Assembly: GCF_006345805.1 (NCBI RefSeq)
Contig: NC_043016.1
Coordinates: forward strand, 13,764,001-13,828,000
Origin: Octopus sinensis
Taxonomy: Eukaryota
DNA length: 64,000 nt
Direction: 5' to 3'
Part shown: piece by piece, positions 50,931 to 63,349 of the stretch
Position numbering within the stretch: position 1 is the first letter of the stretch
How the letters are laid out: each line of letters begins with the position of its first letter
Made by a program: the position numbers and the translations under genes
Notes under the pieces: model-generated
The model's input: the letters and a program-made list of their open reading frames with translations, nothing else
What the model was told of the DNA's origin: nothing
Databases searched by the model: none

Positions 50931-52160
50931 TATGAGGGAGGGTAAAAAATTATATGCACACTTGTTTTTTCAATGTATTTACACAAAAACAGGGGATAAA
51001 AAAGTTGGTCATTTTTCTATATAGTCTCCTTCCTTTTCGATTCACTTGGTCCAGCGGTTCACAAGCTTAGCTATTCCCTCCAAGAAGAAGGTTTCCAGTT
51101 GGCCGTGCAACCATTTATGCACTGCTTCTTTCACATCTTCATACGTAGGAAATCAATGACCTCGTAAACTATCTTTGAGTGGTCCAAAGATATGATAGTC
51201 AGAAGGGGTGAGATCTGGGCTGTAGGCAGGGTGTTCCAGCACCTCAAAACTCAATTGGTTAATGGTATCAGTGGTCTGAGCAGCCATGTGGGCTTGCATT
51301 GTCATGCAACAACAAAACTTTCTTCAACAATAGGCTTCAGCGTTTGGTGCAAATTGCTGGCTTCACTTTGTTGGCCAGCAAAGCACTGTATCTTGCACTG
51401 TTGATCGTACACCATTTTTCCAGGTAGTCTTCCAGTATAGGCACTCTTGAGTCCCCCAAAAAGGGTTAGCATCACCTTTTCCATGAAGACTGCTTCTTGA
51501 ATTTCTTAATTGCTGGCAAGCCAGGATGTTTCCATTCCACACTTTGTCTTTTGGATTCTGCCTCATATGATGACCCCCACCCCACGTTTCATCTCCTGTG
51601 ACTATTTTGCTCAAAAATTCCTTGCCCTCATTGTTGTAGTGATTGAGTAAACATTGATAGACCTCAAGATATTTGCACTTGTGCTCTGCAGTAGGCTCTC
51701 TTGGCACCCATCTTGCACAAACTTTATGGAGGCCAAGCACATTGTGGCTGACTTCATAGACAGAACCATGACTAATCTACAGAGAATGAGCTACCTCATC
51801 AATGTTAAGTTGCCGGTTCATCATTAACATCTCTCCAGCTTACTGAATCTTTTTGCCAGTGATGGAGCTGATGGGTGACTCCATATTGTACTAAAAGCCT
51901 CCGATGAATTTCAAGACCTGACACACCTCCCAACTAGAGAAATCAAGTCACTTCTCTTTGTTCTTCTTTGGTGCACATTGCTAGTCGAACGGCCGTGATT
52001 ACAATGTAAAGCCAGAAAGAAAACTGGTGCAATCAGGCTCAAACTTCGAACACATAACCACAATAATACAAACAATAAGCACACATGTGCAGAAGGCAGT
52101 GTGACAATAATAAAGATATGTTATGGCAAAAGTGTGGATAATTTTTGACTTCCCCTTGTA
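50931..52160 (-). mobile_element. Full-length decayed mariner transposon
   Basis: TIR-like ends tatgagggagggtaaaaaattat / ataatttttgacttccccttgta; ORF LGLHKVCARWVPRE...IVTGDETW; YSPDL motif on minus near 51210. Confidence 0.85.
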
Positions 52161-52227
52161 TGTTTATATATGTATGTATGCACACATATATGTATGTATA
52201 TGTATATGCATACAAGTGTACATGCAT

Positions 52228-53385
52228 ACACACACACATATACAGAAATCATCATCATCACCATCATCATCGTTTAACGTCCGTTTTCCGCACTAGCACG
52301 GGTTGGATGGTTCGACCGGGGTCTGGGAAGCCAGGGGCTGCACCAGGCTCCAGTCTGATCTGGCAGAGTTTCTACAGCTGGATGCCCTTCCTAACGCCAA
52401 ACACTCCGCGAGTGTAGTGGGTGCTTTTTACGTGCCACCTGCACAGGTGCCAGGGGGGGGTCCAGCATCGGTCACAATCGGTTGGAGCTTTTAACGTGCC
52501 AGCGGCACGGAAGCCAGCCAAGGCAGCGCTGGTAACGTTCGGATGGTCTTTTTATGTGCCACCGGCACAGGAGCTAGTCGGGGCAGCGCTGGCATCGGCC
52601 ACGTTCATATGGTGCTTTTTATGTGCCACTGGCACAGAAGCCAGTCGGGGCGGCGCTGGCATCGGCCACGTTTGGATAGTGCTTTTTATGTGCCACCGAC
52701 ACAGGCATCACAACTACTATTTCCATTGATATTTATTTCGACGTTCATGTTCATGTACTTGACTCAACAGGTCTCCTCAAGCACAGCAGGACGTTCTGGG
52801 ATCTGAGGTACTTTGAATGGGCAGGGGCTATGCGGAACTGATGCAGGAAGCAGCCCGGGTCTTTGCAGTCACAGCATATCTCCAGAGATCTCAGTCCTTC
52901 GCCATTGCCTCAGTGAGGCCCAATGCTCTGAGATCATGCTTGACTACCTCATCCCATGTCTTCCTGGGTCTACCTCTCCCCCTGATACCTTCAACTGTTT
53001 GGGAGTGGCACTTCTTCACACATCTCTCCTCATCCATCCGCAGCACATGACCATACCATCGCAAGCGTCGCTCTTGCACACCACATCTGATGCTTCTTAT
53101 ATCCAGCATTTCTCTCAGGGTGCTTACACTCTGTCGTGCGTGCACACTGACATTACACATCCAGCGGATCATGCTAGCTTCATTTCTTTCAAGTCTACGC
53201 ATGTCCTCTGCAGTCACAGCCCATGTTTCACTACTGTAAAGCATGGCAGTTCGCACACATGCATCATACAATCTACCTTTCGCTCTGAGGGAGAGACCCT
53301 TTGTCGCCAGTAGGGGTAGGAGCTTTCTGAACTTTGCCCAGGCTATTCGTATTCTAGTGGTGATACTCTCTGTGTCAGGGAAATA
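52228..53385 (-). mobile_element. 5'-truncated RTE-clade LINE, young (RT C-terminus open, 3'UTR, (GAT)n tail)
   Basis: ORF 52891-53380 RIRIAWAKFRKLLPLL...KGRLYDACVRTAMLYSSETW...RRLRWYGHVLRM...GRGRPRKTW. Confidence 0.92.
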
Positions 53386-54079
53386 ATTTTTTCTTATAAA
53401 TAAAAATATAAAGAAAAGAAAAAGTTTAAAATGCAATTTAAGAAATTTTTTTATAATGAAAATTTACTTGACTAGTTTCACAAAGTTTTCTTTTTTGATT
53501 TACAAAAGTAATGAAACATGGAGAATTTTATCTCAGATGTTTTGCGTGGCAGTTCTTTTCTAGAAAATTTCTTAATACATTCATTCATCATGGCTACCAC
53601 CACCACCACCACCATCATCATTGTGATCATCATTATCATCATCATCATCATCATTATCATCATCAACATCATCGTCATCATCATTTAACATCTGTCTTCC
53701 ATGCTGGCTTGAGTTGGATGGTTTGATAGGAGCTAGCAATCCAGAGAACATTATGTTTTCGAATTTTAAGCATCAATATGCTGATGTCAAATGGTTCAGT
53801 AGGTGTTCTAATCAAAGCAAACTATTAGTCAATCCTTTGATGGTGTGAGTTCTTTATATGGAATTCCACTTTTTTAGTTTGTCAAGAATTATATTGAACA
53901 TTTCCAAACAATGCACTAGTTTCAAATTTTAGTTAGGGACACATTGCATGTGCATGCAATATGCTGTTTTAATTTCAGGTAGCGAAATGGCAGAATCATT
54001 AACACACTGGATAAAGTGCTTAGCACCATTTCTTCTGACTTTGTGATCTGAGTTCTGGGGGTGGTGTAATCAACTTACT

Positions 54080-54830
54080 TACTCCCCACCAAATTCCTGA
54101 CCTTGTGCCAAAATTTGAAACCAATACATTAAGTGTATTAAGTTGTAGTTTATATTTTTTAATAAACATGTTTTCTTCATTTCTTCATATTTTATCTGTA
54201 ATTTTATCAGAAGAAAGATAAGTGGGAAGACTAGGAATTTCAGGGTGTTCTTTGTTGCCCAAAGGTGTTCACTTGGAGGAATCTGACTAATGTCAGGGTC
54301 CCATATTAGCTGCTGATGAATAGTAAGTGCAGTTCTCAAAGAAAGCTTTGCTTGTTCTATGTAATCTTCATTACAACCTTTACACCTAATAGAATAAATT
54401 AACTATTTTGGGATCACCATGCGAGAGATGGAGAGGGCCTTGAAGGCCACAGCAAGTCACAAAGCACAAATCTTGTATGGTATTCCTTGAGATGTGCTCA
54501 AAAAATTAGCAATGAGTTGTTGAAGCTATAAACACTTGCCATTCTAATAAGGACACCCTGATAGTCACCATTTACAAAAATATCTTGATGAATAGGTGGA
54601 ATTGAATTTTTTACAGTGAAGGTATGTCCTGATTTGAAATTCTTGTAGAAGGTAGATGCCAGTTTTGCTGCTGGAAAGCAATTTGGCTGTTCAGAAACTT
54701 CTTTGTTGCTTTTGTTTTCAATTGCTTTAAATACTTCAAGTGCACTTCTCATTGTTGAAACTTGCTTCAATAATGGGGTGTTTTTATGGATAACATTATA
54801 TGGTTCTGTTTTCGTACACAAAATATTTTA
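54080..54830 (-). mobile_element. Penelope-like GIY-YIG endonuclease region, decayed
   Basis: LIYSIRCKGCNEDYIEQAKLSLRTALTIHQQLIWDPDISQIPPSEHL corresponds to 'IY.I.C..C...YIG.T...L..R...H'. Confidence 0.75.
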
Positions 54831-55149
54831 ACAATTTTTTAAAATACAATTCCTAATAATATTTAATTATAAAGACAATACAATTTTTTTCAGCATAGAA
54901 TGGTTCTGTGAGTTGGAGTGGCTGTTTCCTTGCAATCCTTCAGGGCAACACCTTTTCCATTTTGTCTGCTTGGACCATGACATGGTCTGAATTATAAGAA
55001 ATTGTACATTCCACTCTTTGATGTAAAATTAATCCATTTAATAAATTAAAGTTAACTAAGAAAAAAAAAAGAGAAGTAAAATCACCTTGAAATATTGCAG
55101 ATGGTCCTTTTATATTTTGTATACTTTTACTTAAAAGTTAAAAATAAAA

Positions 55150-55222
55150 CACTCAAGGGCCCACCTGAGTAAAACAGGAATCAAAGGGGTCCATAAGTCA
55201 AAAATGGTTTAGAACCACTAAC
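55150..55222. mobile_element. hAT-like terminal fragment
   Basis: aggggtccataagtcaaaaatggtttagaaccacta resembles '...ggggtcc...aaaaggttgagaaccactg' ends. Confidence 0.45.
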
Positions 55223-55229
55223 GATTTAG

Positions 55230-55860
55230 AGTATTTACTGCACTGGAATTGTTTTTTGTTCTTTGTAATTCTCGAATGTCCATTGCTTTGGCACATTCTA
55301 TTCCATTATCAATTAACATTGTTAGGTATTGTCCATTAAGTAGTATTTGTTTTAGTTCTTGGAGTCTTTTATTCCTCCTTTCCAGATTCGAAACAATTGA
55401 ACATATTCTTGTTAGATTTAATGGTATATTTATTTTGGTGTGTTTTGGGTGGCATGAAGTGTATAGTAAGTATTGTTGGAATTTGTTGGTTTGTTGTGAA
55501 TGTCAGTTTCAATGTTTGAGTCTTTTGGTGATTACAATTTCCAGGAAAGATATTTGATTGTGACTGTATTCCATTGTCGAATGTACAATGTTCTTTATCT
55601 TATTAATTAGGGTTTCAAAATCATTAATTAGAATAAGATAGTCATCTAAGTAACGTTTCTAAGTTTGTAATAGCTATTTATGGAAGTCGATACCATACAT
55701 TAGTTGAGACTGTTCATTCATTTAAATCTCTAGGAATTCCATGACTAAATTCAGATAAGTATATACTAGACTACTATGTTTGATGTTGTCCAAATTCTAA
55801 TAAAAGAGTTGTTTCTTGGCTAGAAACTAGCTCTATCTCTATTGGTGAGAAATGTGAAGA
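55230..55860 (-). mobile_element. Penelope-like RT region, decayed (probably the same element as 54080-54830)
   Basis: Minus frame contains ...YLNLVMEFLE... and R(Y)LDDYLILI (YLDD catalytic motif). Confidence 0.55.
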
Positions 55861-56137
55861 ATAAAATCAAGAACAAACATACAAACACACACATACACAC
55901 TCACACATATACACATACATACATACATACAGGCACACATAAATACATAATACATACATGAATTCATATTTAATGTCCTCCTTCCATGCTGTCATCGGTT
56001 GGATGGCTTGAAAAGAGTTGAGGAACCCGAGATCTGAGATCTGCACCAAGCTCTACCGTCTGCTTTGGTGGGGTTTCTACAGCTGGAAGCCTTTACAGAG
56101 TGTACTGCGTGATTTTTATGTAGCATTATCACCAATA

Positions 56138-56185
<48 letters not shown>

Positions 56186-56189
<4 letters not shown>

Positions 56190-56923
56190 TGCAGTGTGGA
56201 AGGTGTTTGTAAGCCATTTAAGAAACACACAAAAGCCGTTCGATTCACTTCAACATTTAAGTTTAATTTGTCAAAATATTTTTGGCGCTAAAATCCGCGA
56301 CCTGTTCACTGACAAAAATCCGTGCTGCATCTGAGAAAGTAACAGTTAGTTCATCATATATATGTACGTATGTATGTATGTGTGTATGTATTTATGTATG
56401 TATGTTTGTATGTATGTATACGTGCACGTATGCATACATACATACATACATATGCACAATAGTAAAACAAAAGTTCTGTGATATAGAGATAAATATCTGA
56501 TAATATATTTTAGGGTATAGTTTTGGGAGTAAGGGTCATAAATCACTTCCAGGCTTCGGCGGGAGAAGTTGAAATTTGATATTATTGTGATGAGTGGTCA
56601 CTCTACATCTATCCATCGCTACAGGTTTATAGCTTTATGTTTATAGTGTGTATGTGCGTGCATATACACACACATACATATATACATACATACATGCATA
56701 CATACACACACACATGTATGCATACATACACACATACATACGTACATATATATGATGAACTAACTGCTACTTTCTCAGATGCAGCACGGATTTTTGTCAG
56801 TGAACAGGTCGCGGATTTTAGCGACGAAAATATTTTGACAAATTAAACTTAAATGTTGAAGTGAATCGAACGGCTTTTGTGTGTTTCTTAAATGGCTTAT
56901 AAACACCTTCCACGCTGCAATTG
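56186..56923. repeat. Pair of about 190-bp near-identical inverted repeats (56186-56378 and 56733-56923)
   Basis: caattgcagtgtggaaggtgttt...ttcatcatatatatgtacgta vs tacgtacatatatatgatgaa...aaacaccttccacgctgcaattg; same family as 12840-13112. Confidence 0.9.
56793..56842 (+). ncRNA. Type I hammerhead ribozyme motif with G3-C8 swapped core
   Basis: UUUGUCA-GUGAACA-G-GUCGC-ggauuuua-GCGAC-GAAA-AUAUU-U-UGACAAA: helix I 7 bp, helix II 5 bp with G10.1-C11.1, palindromic stem III AAUAUU. Confidence 0.7.
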
Positions 56924-56980
56924 TTTTCGTTTCAGCACACGATCTCAGATCAAATTACTTGCTATGCGAGTACATCTCCG

Positions 56981-57023
<43 letters not shown>

Positions 57024-57040
57024 GTATGTATATATATATA

Positions 57041-57072
<32 letters not shown>

Positions 57073-57099
57073 GGGGGAGGGAGAGATGAACAACTTTAT

Positions 57100-58900
57100 T
57101 CAAATTTTGTGCAAACTGGATTCTGCAAAGCTGACTGGAAATTGGTTCAAAGAGAAATACTCACACAAAATTGGTTCAAAAGTTTCTCTGAGCAAATCGT
57201 TAACTGGAAACTCAAAGAATTTATGCCAATAATGCAAGCTATACGCATCAAATTTGTCCCTTAGAGAAGGGCCAATATGCACAACATTGTTCCTCATGAT
57301 GTGAGAGTCCTTATGAAACAAAGAGTAAAGATCTCAAATCATTTAATCAAGCAACTTAATGGCAGCAAGAAGTCTTACCTGAAATAGGCACCTTTATAAG
57401 AGCAAAAATGCACTCAGACTCTCCCATAAAGAAGAAAAGGGAGAAAGAGAAATGAGGGCAGTTGAAAATATAAAAAATACTCTAAAGCATTCTACAAAAT
57501 TGTAAAAGAATCTACCTTGGTGTGCTACAAGATATGGCCACTGATTGAAGAAAAACTCTCACTGACTGCAGACTGTGTGGAGAAGTGAAATACTAAATAA
57601 ACAATTCCAAAGTATTTTCATTTCCTAACTGGAAGAAATGGAAATAAGCAAGGCAGATGAATTCTTCAACACTACAGATCTACACAAGAAAGTGGCAACC
57701 ATCAATTGCATCAACACAAAAGCAGAACTTGTAATATCAACCTTTGAGAAGATAAACTTGAATTCATCAGCAGTCCCCAATGTTTTTCTGGTTATTTTTT
57801 TTAAAGCCATGCAAAAAAAGCTCTCACAAAATCTCTGTGGATACTTTCCCAAAGCTTTCTCACATATAGCAAACTTCTAAAAGTGTTAAAAAGAAAGAGC
57901 AAAGCAGACACTGAGAGTTACAGGCTATCAGACCTCACATGTCTGCAAAGTCAGGAAACACATTGTCAGAAAGAAGCTGATTATGTGTCTAGAAGAAAAT
58001 GACTTTTTCACTACCACACAGCATGGCCTCTGTTGGTGGGGAGCTGCCTTGAACAACTATTAGAGTTTTATGACTGGGTATTAAAACAACAGTTTAATTG
58101 TTCATAAGTGGAAATGATATATTTCAACTTTGTTAAGGCTTTCAACAAAGTTGATCACAAACTGTATTACTTTGGTATTGCTGGAAAACTTGGGGAGTAG
58201 CTGCACAACATTTTAGGTGACAGGTGCAGCCAATGGTACTCTTTCTGAGGAGACATCAATACTAAGTGGAGTGCCTCTTATTGTGGTGGCTCTCTCTCAG
58301 ACATACCGTCAGTTATAAAGTCAACTACTCTCACCAGCTATGCTGATGGTACCTGAAAACTAGAAAAATCTGAATACAAAATACAACTGGGCTGAAGAAA
58401 GCAATATGCAGTACAATGCTGACAAGTTTCAAGCACTCTGCCACCAGCCCAAAAACTGGCTGCAATCAGAATACACAAAACCAATGAATATTGTAATACC
58501 AGGGTCAGCATTGGTACATGACCTGGGAATCCGCATGAGTTGTGATGCATCATTCCATGTGCATATTACTAAGATAGCTACAATGTGCTGGCAATGGACT
58601 AGTTGAATTCTAAGATCATCCAGAATACAGATTAAGGAAGCCACGTTGCTCCTATATCCTTAAATCCTTAAAAATGTTTTAGCCCGAAGGCTGTGGCCAT
58701 GCTGGGGCACCACCACCTATGGAGAACATTTGCATTCATTTACCTGGATATTTGCTCCCCAGTTATGATCACTGAAATGTGTGAAATTAACAGCAGGATT
58801 TGAAGCATTCCAATGCCACTATACATAGAAGATTGCTTTGGTGAGTTATTGGAGAGGTTTAAAGAACTGAGGTTCTACTCCTTCGTGGTAAAACACAAAA
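57100..58900 (+). mobile_element. CR1-clade LINE ORF2 remnant, decayed
   Basis: QHG..., aaggctttcaacaaagttgatcac (KAF.KVDH), GVP, SYADGT, WAEESNMQYNADKFQAL, DLGI.MS. Confidence 0.75.
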
Positions 58901-59191
58901 GATATGCTGTGCTCTATATCATCATCATCATCATCATTATCATCACCATCATCCTTTAATGTCTGTTTTCCACACTGGTATGGGCTGGATGGTTTGACCA
59001 GAGAGTCTAATTTGGTTTGGCTTATACAGCTGGATGCCCTTCCTAATACCAACCACTTTACACGATGTTTCCAGGGGCTAAATAACTGTAACAATCGTCC
59101 TAGCCAGGACTGCCACATTATGTTGGCAAATGATCTTACTCCAGAGTACTGTTACTGAATGTCTCTTGTTCAGAGATTTGGAAATAATAAG

Positions 59192-59284
<93 letters not shown>

Positions 59285-59289
59285 ATATA

Positions 59290-61070
59290 TGGGACAACTT
59301 GTTGAGGACTACTGACCAAATATGTGGATGGTGCAAAGTCCTCTCTCGACCCAAGGTATGTGGTGGTGGAACAATGTGGTTGACAGGGCCATTAGGGAAA
59401 AGAAACAGGATTGGAAGGACTGGAAGAACGGTGGTGGCAGGGAATTGTATCACACTGCAAGAAGGGAAGCCAGGAGACAGGCTTATTTAGCCGGAGGGAA
59501 AGCAGATAAGAAAAAATTTACCAATGTTCTGCATCATGAGGACCAAAGACATGAGGTGTTTCGTGTTGCAAAACTGCGTGAGAGAGAATCGTGATGTCAT
59601 AGGAGAGAAATGTGTTCGCATGGATGGTGGTTCACTTGCGCTAAATGAGGATGCAAAGAGAGAGGTTTGGAGATGCCACTATGAAAGGTTGCTAAATGAA
59701 GAGAATGAATAGGAGAAAGAGAGTCTGCTGAATGTCGACCCAACAGAGGGACCAGCTATCTGAATTGACAGTAACTTGGTAGATAAAGCAATTAAGAGTA
59801 AGAAAACAGGGAAAGCCCCTGGCCCAGCAGGAATCACCACAGAGGTGCTTAAAAAAAATCTGGTGATGTTGGCTATAGTCTAGTCACCTGTATAGTCAAT
59901 CAGATGATACATGAAGGAGTCATACCCAATGACAGGTGTAGCAGTACCATAGTCAACTGCTACAAAGGTAAAGGTGAGGCTTTAGATACAAATAATTACA
60001 GAGGTATCAAGTTATTGGATCAGGTAATGAAAGTTACAGAGAGGGTCATAGCCCAACTAATCAGAGAGAGAGTCAGTCAGTCTAGATGAGATGCAGTTTG
60101 CATTCGTGCCAGGGAAATGCACCACTGACACAATATTTCTGGTTAGACAGCTGCAAGAGAAATACCTAGCCAAAGATAAACCTCTCTACCTGGCTTTCAT
60201 TGACATGGAGAAAGCCTTTGACAAGGTCCCCCCTCCGATCCCTTATCTGGTGATCAATGAGGAAACTAGGGATGAATGGTTAGTGAGAGCTGTGCAAGCC
60301 ATGTACAGGGATGCTGTCAGTAAGGTGGGGGTTGGCAATGAGTACAGTGAAGAATTCTGGGTAGGGGTAGGGGTCAACCAAGGATCAGTCCTCAGCCCCC
60401 TTTTATTCATCATAGACCTCCAGGCAATAACAGAGGAATTCAAAACAAGATGCCTCTGGGAGCTCCTCTACACTGATGACCTTGCTCTAATTGCTGAGTC
60501 ACTATCAGAACTAGAGGAGAAGTTTCAGGTGTGGAGGCAAGGTCTAGAATCGAAAGGCCTTAGAGTCAACCTAGCTAAAACCAAAGTCTTAATAAGAAGG
60601 AAGGCAGGCAAACCACAAATCTCTTCAGGTTTATGGCCCTGCTCGATCTGCTGAAAAGACGTAGGCAGAAATTCCATAAGATGTACCCAGTGTAAGCTAT
60701 GGGCACGTAAGAGGTGCAGCAATATCAAAGGAAGGCTAACTGGGAAGATAGTTTTTGTGTGTGGCAAATGCTCAGGAGCAATAAACACTGAAAATGTGCA
60801 GAAAGCAGTTTCCGTCACATTCCAGGGAGAAAAGCTAGATGTAGTTGATAGCTTCCATTACCAAGGTGATCAAGTCAGTAGCAGGGGTGGATGCTCTGAA
60901 AGCATAGCTACTAGAATAAGAATAGCCTGGGCAAAGTTCAGAGAGCTCCTACCTCTGCTGGTGACAAAGGCCTCTTACTCAGAGTAAAAGGTAGACTGTA
61001 TGATGCATGGGTGCGAAAAGCCATGCTACATGTCAGTGAAACATGGGCCATGACTGCTGAAGACATGTGT
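59290..61070 (+). mobile_element. RTE-clade LINE RT region, decayed
   Basis: QFAFVPGKCTTDTIFLVRQLQEKY...FIDMEKAFDKV...GVNQGSVLSPLLFII...LLYTDDL...GLRVNLAKTK...RIRIAWAKFRELLPLL. Confidence 0.92.
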
Positions 61071-61224
61071 AACATATCAATAAGACATGTGTTTGGTTTC
61101 TTTCTTTTCCTGATGAGAAGAATGCATTTTGTTTTATACTATTTTAATCCTTCTGGAATAATACCGATGTTCTCTTCTAAACATATGTCTGAAGTAAAAA
61201 AATTTGAATAACATCTGTGTTTAA

Positions 61225-61667
<443 letters not shown>

Positions 61668-61672
<5 letters not shown>

Positions 61673-62070
61673 GCAGGTGGTTTGTGTGGTAAGTAGCTTG
61701 CTTACCACCTACATGGTTCTGGGTTCAGTCCACTGCATGGCACCTTGGGTAAGTGTCTTCTACTATAGCCTCAAGCTGACCAAAGCATTGTGAGTGGATT
61801 TGGTAGACAGAAACTGAAAGAAGCCCATCACATATATATATATGTATATGTATGTATATGTTTGTGCGTCTGTGTTTGTACTCCCACAATCGCTTGAAAA
61901 CCGATGTTGGTGTGTTTACATTTCCATAACTCAGCGGTTTGGCAAAAGAGACCAATAGAATAAGTACTAGGCTTACAAACAATAAGTCCAGGGTCGATTT
62001 GTTTGACTAAAGGTGGTGCTCCAGCATGGCTGCAGTCAAATGATGACTAAAACAAATAAGAGTTAAAGAG
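61668..62070 (+). mobile_element. Family-A SINE
   Basis: Matches the family-A consensus. Confidence 0.85.
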
Positions 62071-62436
62071 TGTGTGTATATATATATATACACATACATA
62101 CATATTTATAAATATGTATGTGTTCATATATATATACACACACACACACACACATCTATGACAGGTATATATGTGTGTGTGTGTTTAATGAACAATTGAC
62201 AGAAGTTTCAAAGTGGCTCAAGGGCCAAGAGTTTCATGCGTTGGACTTATCAGATTGCTAAGTGCTGACGCACAAAACTTTTCCCCCTCGAGTCATTGTG
62301 GGACTTCTGTGGGAATTATGAATAAAAAAAAAACAACACACACATATAGCCATGTTTTGAGTACTATTTTCCTGTGTACCTCATCAAACCTCTGTGTGTG
62401 CACATAGATATACACACGCACACATATATAGTGTTT

Positions 62437-62742
62437 AGGCGCAATGGCCCAGTGGTTAGGGCAGCGGACTGGCGGTCGTAGGATCGCGGTTTCGATTCCT
62501 AGACCGGGCGTTGTGAGTGTTTATTGAGCGAAAATACCTAAAAAGCTCCACGAGGCTCCGGTAGGGGGTGGTGATCCCTGCTGTACTCTTTCACCACACT
62601 TTCTCTCACTCTTTCTGCTGTTGGCCTGCTCGCTTAGCCAGCGAGGTGGCGTCATTCGAAGGCTAAAACAATGCGAACGCATTGTGACCAGCGATGTGTA
62701 ACAATATCTGATGGTCTGGTCGGTCACGTGATCACCTGATTA
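62437..62742 (+). mobile_element. Family-C tRNA-derived SINE, young copy
   Basis: aggcgcaatggcccagtggttagggcagcggact...ggtttcgattcc (A and B boxes), CpG-rich, tail ...ggtcacgtgatcac. Confidence 0.85.
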
Positions 62743-62825
62743 TATATATATATATATATACCAACCCATGCTAGCATGGAAAACGGACGCTAAACGATGA
62801 TGATGATGATGATGATATATATATA

Positions 62826-63008
62826 TAGGCGCAGGAGTGGCTGTGTGGTAAGTAGCTTGTTTACCAACCACATGGTTCCGGGTTCAGTCCCACTGTGTGA
62901 CATCTTGGGCAAGTGTCTTCTGCTATAGCCCCGGGCCGACCAATGCCTTGTGAGTGGATTTGGTAGACGGAAACTGAAAGAAGCCGTCATATATATGTAT
63001 ATATATAT

Positions 63009-63103
<95 letters not shown>

Positions 63104-63312
63104 GTTTGTGTGTCTGTGTTTGTCCCCCTAGCATTGCTTGACAACCGATGCTGGTGTGTTTACGTCCCCGTCACTGAGCGGTTCGGCAAAAGAGACCGAT
63201 AGAATAAGCACTGGGCTTACAAAGAATAAGTCCCGGGGTCGATTTGCTCGACTAAAGGCGGTGCTCCAGCATGGCCGCAGTCAAATGACTGAAACAAGTA
63301 AAAGAGTGAAAG
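62826..63312 (+). mobile_element. Family-A SINE, young full-length copy with expanded internal (TA)n
   Basis: aggcgcaggagtggctgtgtggtaagtagc...ggttccgggttcagtccc...gcagtcaaatgactgaaacaagtaaaagag. Confidence 0.92.
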
Positions 63313-63316
63313 AGTA

Positions 63317-63349
<33 letters not shown>

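Noticed and set aside
54311-54350. CUGAUGA...GAAA on plus
   Set aside because: No supporting helices; antisense to the Penelope GIY-YIG coding remnant.
62437-62512. tRNA gene
   Set aside because: A and B boxes present, but the cloverleaf is imperfect and continues into a multi-copy SINE body.
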